Position numbers and translations under genes: made by a program
NCBI GenBank assembly: GCA_013286385.1
Contig: JABDFU010000001.1
Coordinates: 39,730-103,729, forward strand
DNA from: Bacteroidota bacterium
GTDB taxonomy: Bacteria > Bacteroidota > Bacteroidia > JABDFU01
Length of the DNA stretch: 64,000 nucleotides
Direction: 5' to 3'
Notes under the pieces: generated by a model
Databases searched by the model: none
The model's input: the letters and a program-made list of their open reading frames with translations, nothing else
Told to the model about the DNA's origin: nothing
Shown here: positions 28,002-34,721 of the stretch, one piece after another
Layout of the letters: each line of letters starts with the position of its first letter
Numbering within the stretch: position 1 is the stretch's first letter

Positions 28002-28952
28002 ATGAAAAAAATCTTCAAATTATCCGCGCTGATTGCCGCGATGGTTCTTGGAAAAGTATCATTTGCGCAATTGCAGGACGAACAGGATGTCACTATGACA
28101 ATGGATTTGCAGCCAATTTTGCAGCTTTCCATGGAGGGTCCCGATCAGATTGATTTTACTTTTGACGAGATCAATAAGTACTATACCGGGGTTGTGAAGA
28201 CAGGCGCGAACATTCTTAAAGTAAGCGCTTCGGTATCTTTTGACCTTTGGGCAGTTGGTGTTTCTACCGGATCGTTGAACAGTGTTACAACCGGTTTACT
28301 TTGGGACAATCCAGTACAATACGGTACCGGAATTACCGGAGTAGCTTTGAATACCATTCCGCTTACCGCGCTTGAATTGCACCAGTTCCCTGGCAATCCT
28401 GCCATTGCAACCTGTGCAGGTTCTACTACTGCCAACTCTGATTACAGTCAGCAATTTGCTCCTTTCAATTTCGCTACCAACACTATTCTTGGTGGCGCTG
28501 TAATTGCTTCCGGAAACAATGAAGTGTTTTGTTCTAACCCATCGGGCGCATACTTGCCCCCACTTAGTACAAACGGGCTCACTACTACTGAAAAGTATAT
28601 TGCCGGCGCAAGCAGCACAACTGCCGGTTGCCAGGTAGCTGCAGGTAGCTGGTTATTCGGGTCAATTGCAAACACTACAGCTCTTCCAAACACTGACGTT
28701 TCTTCTGTTGCAAATGCAAATGCTCAGCAAACTGCAGGCGGATACTATTTTGTAATGGATTACCGGATTCTTCCGGGTCTTCCTGCAAAATTCCCTTCGA
28801 CTTTGCCAGCTAACGATGCCAATAAAGCGGCTCCTTCTGTTACTGAAGCAACTCTTCAATGTGGTAGTTTAAATGTTGCTGGTAACGGCTTTTTCGCTGC
28901 TCCCGGTGTTTACACCATGTTCCTGAAATACATTTTGGCTGAAGACCAATAG
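28002..28952 (+). CDS. Secreted Gly/Ala/Thr/Ser/Asn-rich protein, candidate major fibre subunit (single copy of the 'ILAEDQ' domain)
   Basis: Signal peptide 'MKKIFKLSALIAAMVLGKVSFA/QL'. Paralogous to the C-terminal half of 29013..30398. Ends in 'PGVYTMFLKYILAEDQ'. Has its own promoter and terminator. Confidence 0.4.
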   Translation: MKKIFKLSALIAAMVLGKVSFAQLQDEQDVTMTMDLQPILQLSMEGPDQIDFTFDEINKYYTGVVKTGANILKVSASVSFDLWAVGVSTGSLNSVTTGLLWDNPVQYGTGITGVALNTIPLTALELHQFPGNPAIATCAGSTTANSDYSQQFAPFNFATNTILGGAVIASGNNEVFCSNPSGAYLPPLSTNGLTTTEKYIAGASSTTAGCQVAAGSWLFGSIANTTALPNTDVSSVANANAQQTAGGYYFVMDYRILPGLPAKFPSTLPANDANKAAPSVTEATLQCGSLNVAGNGFFAAPGVYTMFLKYILAEDQ

Positions 28953-28973
28953 AATAATATACGCTCAATCATT

Positions 28974-29004
28974 AAAAGGCTGCCTCATCTGGCAGCCTTT
29001 TTTT
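28974..29004 (+). terminator. Rho-independent terminator/attenuator hairpin
   Basis: AAAA, GGCTGCC (28978-84), loop TCATCT, GGCAGCC (28991-97), then TTTTTTT (28998-29004). It starts 22 nt after the stop of 28002..28952. Confidence 0.65.
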
Positions 29005-29012
29005 ATATATAT

Positions 29013-30398
29013 TTGTATGTGGAGACATGTATTCGAAAATGCCTGTGGGTTGTTATTGGTTTATTTCTGCTAAAATCAACTTCCTTTGCAGGTGTATGTC
29101 CTGGTCAGTCTTTCGTTGGCAATCAGCTTCAAACAGCAACTCTTGAGTTTACCAGTTTCGGCGACCTCATCTCCGGTAAGGCGTTTAGCGCATTTGTTAT
29201 TACGGTAACTGATCCCACGGTTGGTTGTCCCTGGGATTTATTCATTTCTGACGCGGCTCCTTTTGCACCTACTGTAACTCAGCTTATAAGCTATAGCGGT
29301 CAGGGAGTAGTTTTGCCAATTTCGGATGTAAATATAAGGGCTACAACCTCCTGCGACGGCCCTAATGAGTTATATGGTGGTCTTGTACGTACTACACCAA
29401 ACATCAATGAGAATTTCCCTGCCCTTGCAGCATCCCCGTTTGCTGTTGTGGGTGCCGGTTCACACAATGTGATTGGTACCGACGGGGCTCACGATGGTGT
29501 ATTGGCAAACAATACGGGCTTTTGTGCCGGCAATATTAATGATTTTGGTAACGGCTCAAGCAATCCCCAGAACAATGTCATACAATTTGATATACAGGTG
29601 ACGCCCGGTGTAAATACAATCATACAACCCGGTCTTTATCAATTGAGTGTAACAGTTGTGCTGGAAGATGATGCTACTGGAGCGCAATTACAGCACCAGA
29701 CCTTTACTTTTGAAATCGACATCGAGCCCATTATACAGCTAACGATGAATACCAATTCCCAGATTGATTTTGAATTCACCAGCCTTACGAATTATTCCGG
29801 AGGAATCACCCAATATGGTGCTACGATTCTTCAGGTCAGTTCGAGTGTGAACTGGGATTTAATGGCCGTAGGCACTTCAACACTAAATGAATCAGGAGCC
29901 CCGGGTACAAATCCCTATTGGGATAATACAATTAAATATGCGGCCACCGGTACAACCAACATTCCGCTTGACATTCTCGAACTCTTTCAGTCTCCCGCCA
30001 ATCCTTTTAATGCGGTGCCGGGTGCCGATTACAGTGCGGGCTTTACCAGCCCTCCTTCCGGCAAAAACAACCTGATTACAGCCTATGGTTCGGGTGTGGC
30101 TCTTACGGCTGTGGCACCTTATTCGCTGGCACCTGGGGCGGCAACAAGAACCATTGCCGGTGACTGGACTACGGTGGGGGCCCCCCTTCATGCGGGAATA
30201 CCCGGAAGTTACCTTTCTATTAATAAGGCAGGAGCAGGCGCCTGGGTAAATGCCAACTACCGTTACGTTATCAGTTACAGGCTTACACCAGGATTGCCGG
30301 TACTTTTTTCGTATTCCAAAATATATACCATGCCCACATTTGCAACACCGGGATCCTATACGATGCAGGTAAAATACATTTTGGCAGAAGATCAGTAA
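29013..30398 (+). CDS. Secreted protein made of two tandem copies of the subunit domain (candidate minor/tip subunit)
   Basis: Signal-like 'VVIGLFLLKSTSFA/GV'. The internal domain ends in 'PGLYQLSVTVVLEDD' and the C-terminus in 'PGSYTMQVKYILAEDQ'. 'IEPIIQLTMNTNSQIDFEFT...ILQVSSSVNWDLMAVG' aligns with 'LQPILQLSMEGPDQIDFTFD...ILKVSASVSFDLWAVG' of 28002..28952. The start is non-ATG (TTG 29013 or GTG 29019). Confidence 0.4.
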   Translation: MYVETCIRKCLWVVIGLFLLKSTSFAGVCPGQSFVGNQLQTATLEFTSFGDLISGKAFSAFVITVTDPTVGCPWDLFISDAAPFAPTVTQLISYSGQGVVLPISDVNIRATTSCDGPNELYGGLVRTTPNINENFPALAASPFAVVGAGSHNVIGTDGAHDGVLANNTGFCAGNINDFGNGSSNPQNNVIQFDIQVTPGVNTIIQPGLYQLSVTVVLEDDATGAQLQHQTFTFEIDIEPIIQLTMNTNSQIDFEFTSLTNYSGGITQYGATILQVSSSVNWDLMAVGTSTLNESGAPGTNPYWDNTIKYAATGTTNIPLDILELFQSPANPFNAVPGADYSAGFTSPPSGKNNLITAYGSGVALTAVAPYSLAPGAATRTIAGDWTTVGAPLHAGIPGSYLSINKAGAGAWVNANYRYVISYRLTPGLPVLFSYSKIYTMPTFATPGSYTMQVKYILAEDQ

Positions 30399-30413
30399 AC
30401 CGTTAAACCGTTT

Positions 30414-33400
30414 ATGCAGAAGACACTATCCTTTTGTTTTTTCATACTGATCGCATCGATTCTTTCTGCCCAGAATTTACCTTCAGACACCGTCAAAAAC
30501 CCAAAGCCAGTGGGAAAACTTACTGCCCAATTCGACAGTGTCGAAATTCTGATTCAGGATGGGGAGGTTTTCTCAAAAAACATGCGGGTCGTAAGCAATG
30601 TAGATGTTCCCTTTTCATTCAAAGTAGATATCACGTTTCCTGCAGAATGGAAGTCCCTTGTTAATCCGAACAAAAAATACACAATAGATCCCCACGATAC
30701 CCTATACGTGCCCTTGCATTTAGTACCGCTTGGAAAGATCAAAGGGAATACCAAATACATGATTACTGCCTTTTTGTTTGATACCATAGGTTCTCCGATT
30801 ACTTCAGCCTATGTTAACGCGGCCCGGCCGAAGTTTACCAAATGGTCGTTAAATCTGGGTCCCTACAAAAAAATTTATTTTAAGAATGATTCCAGTACGG
30901 CACGTTTTACCATCAATGTCGGAAACGAAGGAACCGAGACTCAGGACCTTTACCTGAGCATGGGAAACCTTAGAAAAGATGTTATCATACTCGACACAGC
31001 CGGAAGAATTATAAAAAAGCCGTCTTACACTTTTAGTCTGAAGCAGTTTTCTGATACTACTTTTCATTTCGGGGTAAAGATTTTTTCGGCATCACGCAAC
31101 ATGAAAAGGGTTGATTCAGATGGCTACAGGCCTGGTGGCCCTGGCGAATCAAGATCCTATGCGATTTTTGTAAAAACGATGGAAACCAGTTTGTTCGGTT
31201 CTCTTGCCAGGCAAATAAGTGACCGGCTGTCATTTGTAAAATTGCCCAATGAAACCAGAATATCAGATTACGGCATGTATTCCCTGCCCATGACCATGGA
31301 TCTTACCTTCAGCAATTTGTTTTCTGATGAATTATTGACCAACCTGCATCTGTATGGGGCAACCAAACTGGATGACGGAGCGAATATTTTTTACAACGCA
31401 CAGTTTATGACCGCATTTAATACGCTTGGCAGTTCTGTTTTCCCTTCTCCTTTTCTTACGCTGGGCTATTCAAACTATCGCATGTCCATAATGATTGGCG
31501 ATGTAGGAGGCGGAGCGGGTGGTATTGGGTTCGGGGGCAAAGGAATTACCGGCCAATACATGCTCAGTAAGCGGCACAGGGTCGGGGCTTTCTTTGTGAT
31601 GAATCCCGGTTTTTTAAATAGAATCACATATATAGGATTCGGAGCCAATTACAACTATACCGGAGAAAAATTTACCGGAGGGGTTTCGTATGCACATTTG
31701 GAAAATATGGGTAATTTAAATGGAGCCGTCAATTCAGATTACCTGAGTTTTCAGGGATCTTACACAATAGCTTCAACCCAGGGTGTCTCTCTTTCTGTAA
31801 TACTTGTCAATAATGTTCAGGGTTCGATAGCAAATCAGGGTTATAATGTAAGTGCGGGCTATCATGGAGGCTTTATCAGGCAAAAACTCCAGGTGAATCT
31901 TTCGGGTTCTTTTTTTTCGAGCTATTATTCGTTTTACGATCAGGGAAACCGGGGGATGGTAAATCTGAACAGCAGCTATCGATTTAAAAAGAGCTGGTAC
32001 CTGCGCATGAACAATTCCTTCAACCAGTACGCCGCAACCGAGCCGGTACCGACCCTGATTTTTTATTCCCAGCAGTCCCTTAATAATCAGATATCTGTAT
32101 CCCGTTCGATGGATATTCACTCTTCTTTTACAGCAGGCTTTTTCTTTAATGTATTCAGAGACGACTACTACGACTATACCTCCGTGTCAAGAGGTATTAA
32201 TCTGGGATTGAATTATTCCCTTCCCGAAAGCTACCTGATCTTCAGTACAAATACCATGATGGGTTTCACACAGATTACAAGCGCCCCCGACTATCCGAAC
32301 AATTTTTTCATCAACCTGTTCACCTTGCTTAAATACCGTGTGTTCTCGCTTAATGTCAGATACAGCAACGGAAATCCTTCGGGCATCAATATCAACACGA
32401 CCAGTTCGAATCTCTATTCAGAAGACCTTGCCATTACCCTGAACCACCAATACCAGTTCAGAAACAGGCGTTTCATCTTAAATAATTCCATTACCTATAA
32501 TTTAATGCCCGAGATTCAACGCAACAGTTTTGGCATTACGCCCGAATTAAATTATTATTCGCTGAACGGATGGAGAATACGACTTACCGCAGGATATTAT
32601 TTTTCAGAATCGGCGCCATTGAATTACACTTCGTTTCAGTCGCTTGTCCCTTCTTCGTCAGACAATTCTTCAGCTTCGACTGCCCCGATCGTTTCAACAA
32701 GTTATTTGCTTATGCTGGGAGTTCACAAAGATTTCGGTATTCCCCTGCCTTTTATCAAAAGAAGATATCCAAGTCTTAATTTCATTGCCTTTGTGGACAT
32801 CAATGGTAATGGTAAATTCGACTATGACGAAACCCGTCTCGAAAACGTCGTGATCAACGTAAATGGTTGGGAAGTGATGACCAATTCGAAAGGAGAAGCT
32901 CAGCTTAAGAATATGCCAGAGGGTGATTACGTCTGGCAGGCTTTCTGTCTGGACGATCTGAAAGGGTTTTTCCCGAATATTTCAGATAAAATAAAGGTTT
33001 TTGCTCCGCCTGAAGATTCTGTTCGCTCGAGATTTTTTGATCCCGGAAAGGTAGTTGCGGTGCCCTTTGTAAAGGGAATTCGTCTTTTCGGAAAAGTGTA
33101 TGCTGACCGTGAAAAGCTGTCTCCCGATGCATTAACCGCCCTAGACCTTTCAGGGATACGTATTTCTGTTAATTGTCAGGGCAAAAAATCGGCAACTCTT
33201 ACCGAAAGTGACGGATCTTTCTCTTTTTACCTGCCTTATGGTTCGTACATATTAACGATGGATGAAAAGGTACTTGGTGATCAATTCAGGGTATTGCAGA
33301 ACGATATTGATCTCACTCTGAACAAAGGGGTTGAAAATATGTTTGTTTCGTTTTACATAGTCGAAAACCAGCGAAAAATTATCCGTAAGCACTTCGATGC

Positions 33401-34028
33401 AAACGGCAATCTGATCAGCGAGGAATCAGAGGCTGTGAAACCGGCAGGTTCAGGAGGGGCCACAGGCTCTTCGGGTACGTCAAACATTCCGGGCGGAAAC
33501 AATGCTGCATTTTCTGGTATTGCCGCAGGAAATATACCTGGCGGAGGCTCTGGTGCAGCAGGGCCTGGTTTAGTCACGGCCAATGGTGCGGGAACTGGCT
33601 CAGGTTCAGCCAATGGTAGCGGATCCGGAGCGTCAGCCGGCGCCGGAAAAGACCTCATTGCCGAAGCCAACGCTGCGGCTAACAAAAAGCCACGCCCGAA
33701 AAACGATGTATCGAAAGATGCATTTTTGGCCGACAAAACAGATGCCACAACTACAAAAGGCCTTATTTATACCGTTCAATTGGGGGCATTGGTAAAGCCA
33801 CTCGATCCTGTTATATTCAAAGGGCTTAAAAATCTTATGTACGAACGAATCGACAACCAGATGGTACGCATTACCGCAGGCAATATGGGCACTGAAGCTG
33901 AGGCGCTTGCCGAACGCGATAACCTGTCCAGGGTTGGCTTCCCCGGAGCCTTTGTTTCGGTATACTACGACGGTAAAAACATTTCACTGTCTGAGGCCCG
34001 TCAGATCAAAAAGAACAGCACTCATTAA
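30414..34028 (+). CDS. 1204-aa outer-membrane beta-barrel-like protein with flanking Ig-like domains, Gly/Ala/Ser linker and C-terminal SPOR-like domain (candidate usher/export pore)
   Basis: Signal peptide 'MQKTLSFCFFILIASILSA/QN'. The central ~500 aa has alternating aromatic/Gly beta-strand patterning ('YIGFGANYNYTGEKFTGGVSYAHL', 'WRIRLTAGYYFSE'). 'SDGSFSFYLPYGSYILTM' is CarboxypepD_reg-like. The linker is at 33438-33653, and the SPOR-like 'IYTVQLGAL...MVRITAGNMGTEAEALAERDNLSRVGFPGAFVSVY' at ~33759-33990. Confidence 0.45.
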   Translation: MQKTLSFCFFILIASILSAQNLPSDTVKNPKPVGKLTAQFDSVEILIQDGEVFSKNMRVVSNVDVPFSFKVDITFPAEWKSLVNPNKKYTIDPHDTLYVPLHLVPLGKIKGNTKYMITAFLFDTIGSPITSAYVNAARPKFTKWSLNLGPYKKIYFKNDSSTARFTINVGNEGTETQDLYLSMGNLRKDVIILDTAGRIIKKPSYTFSLKQFSDTTFHFGVKIFSASRNMKRVDSDGYRPGGPGESRSYAIFVKTMETSLFGSLARQISDRLSFVKLPNETRISDYGMYSLPMTMDLTFSNLFSDELLTNLHLYGATKLDDGANIFYNAQFMTAFNTLGSSVFPSPFLTLGYSNYRMSIMIGDVGGGAGGIGFGGKGITGQYMLSKRHRVGAFFVMNPGFLNRITYIGFGANYNYTGEKFTGGVSYAHLENMGNLNGAVNSDYLSFQGSYTIASTQGVSLSVILVNNVQGSIANQGYNVSAGYHGGFIRQKLQVNLSGSFFSSYYSFYDQGNRGMVNLNSSYRFKKSWYLRMNNSFNQYAATEPVPTLIFYSQQSLNNQISVSRSMDIHSSFTAGFFFNVFRDDYYDYTSVSRGINLGLNYSLPESYLIFSTNTMMGFTQITSAPDYPNNFFINLFTLLKYRVFSLNVRYSNGNPSGININTTSSNLYSEDLAITLNHQYQFRNRRFILNNSITYNLMPEIQRNSFGITPELNYYSLNGWRIRLTAGYYFSESAPLNYTSFQSLVPSSSDNSSASTAPIVSTSYLLMLGVHKDFGIPLPFIKRRYPSLNFIAFVDINGNGKFDYDETRLENVVINVNGWEVMTNSKGEAQLKNMPEGDYVWQAFCLDDLKGFFPNISDKIKVFAPPEDSVRSRFFDPGKVVAVPFVKGIRLFGKVYADREKLSPDALTALDLSGIRISVNCQGKKSATLTESDGSFSFYLPYGSYILTMDEKVLGDQFRVLQNDIDLTLNKGVENMFVSFYIVENQRKIIRKHFDANGNLISEESEAVKPAGSGGATGSSGTSNIPGGNNAAFSGIAAGNIPGGGSGAAGPGLVTANGAGTGSGSANGSGSGASAGAGKDLIAEANAAANKKPRPKNDVSKDAFLADKTDATTTKGLIYTVQLGALVKPLDPVIFKGLKNLMYERIDNQMVRITAGNMGTEAEALAERDNLSRVGFPGAFVSVYYDGKNISLSEARQIKKNSTH

Positions 34029-34056
34029 CAATAGTCAATCAGATCAGGTGCGGACA

Positions 34057-34632
34057 ATGGAACTGGTTTTTGCGAGTTCGAACCAACACAAGAAGCAGGA
34101 AATTGCTTTGCTTCTGCCTAAAGGCATTGCCCTGAAAGGCCTACAAGACATGGGCTGCGCCGAAGAGTTGGCCGAAACCCAAACTACCCTTGAAGGGAAT
34201 GCCCTCCAGAAAGCCCGCTACATCGGCAGCACCTACCGTGTAAATTGCTTTGCCGACGATACCGGTCTTGAAATACAGGCCCTTGAGGGCCGGCCAGGGG
34301 TTTATTCGGCCCGCTATGCCGGAGAACAAAAAAGCGCCGAAGACAACATGCGCAAAGTTCTTCAGGAACTGGCCCCGATCAGCAACCGCAAAGCCCGGTT
34401 CAGAACTGTCATTGCCCTCATTCTGGACGGCAAAGAACAGCTCTTCGAGGGCATCGTTGAAGGCCGTATCGCCGCCGAAAAAAACGGCGGCTCAGGCTTT
34501 GGCTACGATCCCATCTTTATCCCCAATGGGTATAGCAAAACTTTCGCCCAAATGTCCATCTCCGAGAAAAATACCTTAAGCCACCGCGCCCTGGCCATCT
34601 CAAAACTCGTCAGCTTTCTGAGCACTTATTAA
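34057..34632 (+). CDS. rdgB: Non-canonical purine NTP pyrophosphatase (RdgB/HAM1 family)
   Basis: 'LVFASSNQHKKQEI', 'FADDTGLEIQALEGRPGVYSARYAG', 'GFGYDPIFIP' and 'KNTLSHRALA'. I use ATG 34057; the track's 33907 start overlaps the upstream gene. Confidence 0.9.
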   Translation: MELVFASSNQHKKQEIALLLPKGIALKGLQDMGCAEELAETQTTLEGNALQKARYIGSTYRVNCFADDTGLEIQALEGRPGVYSARYAGEQKSAEDNMRKVLQELAPISNRKARFRTVIALILDGKEQLFEGIVEGRIAAEKNGGSGFGYDPIFIPNGYSKTFAQMSISEKNTLSHRALAISKLVSFLSTY

Positions 34633-34686
34633 CACTTCTTTGCTCAAACAAATCAGGCTGCCAGCGATAGTTTTATTCAATATGGC

Positions 34687-34694
34687 TAACTTTG
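34687..34694 (+). promoter_or_regulatory. Candidate -7 box TAACTTTG
   Basis: Perfect TAnnTTTG 27 nt upstream of ATG 34722. It overlaps the track's TTG start (34692), which argues for the ATG. No good -33 TTTG. Confidence 0.35.
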
Positions 34695-34721
34695 CTGGAG
34701 TTTTTAAGGCTGCTTTTTACA

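Noticed and set aside
34029-34056. rdgB as a fifth member of the orphan operon
   Set aside because: It is only 28 nt downstream and probably co-transcribed, but RdgB/HAM1 is a ubiquitous nucleotide-pool housekeeping enzyme. I see no functional reason to include it in the system.
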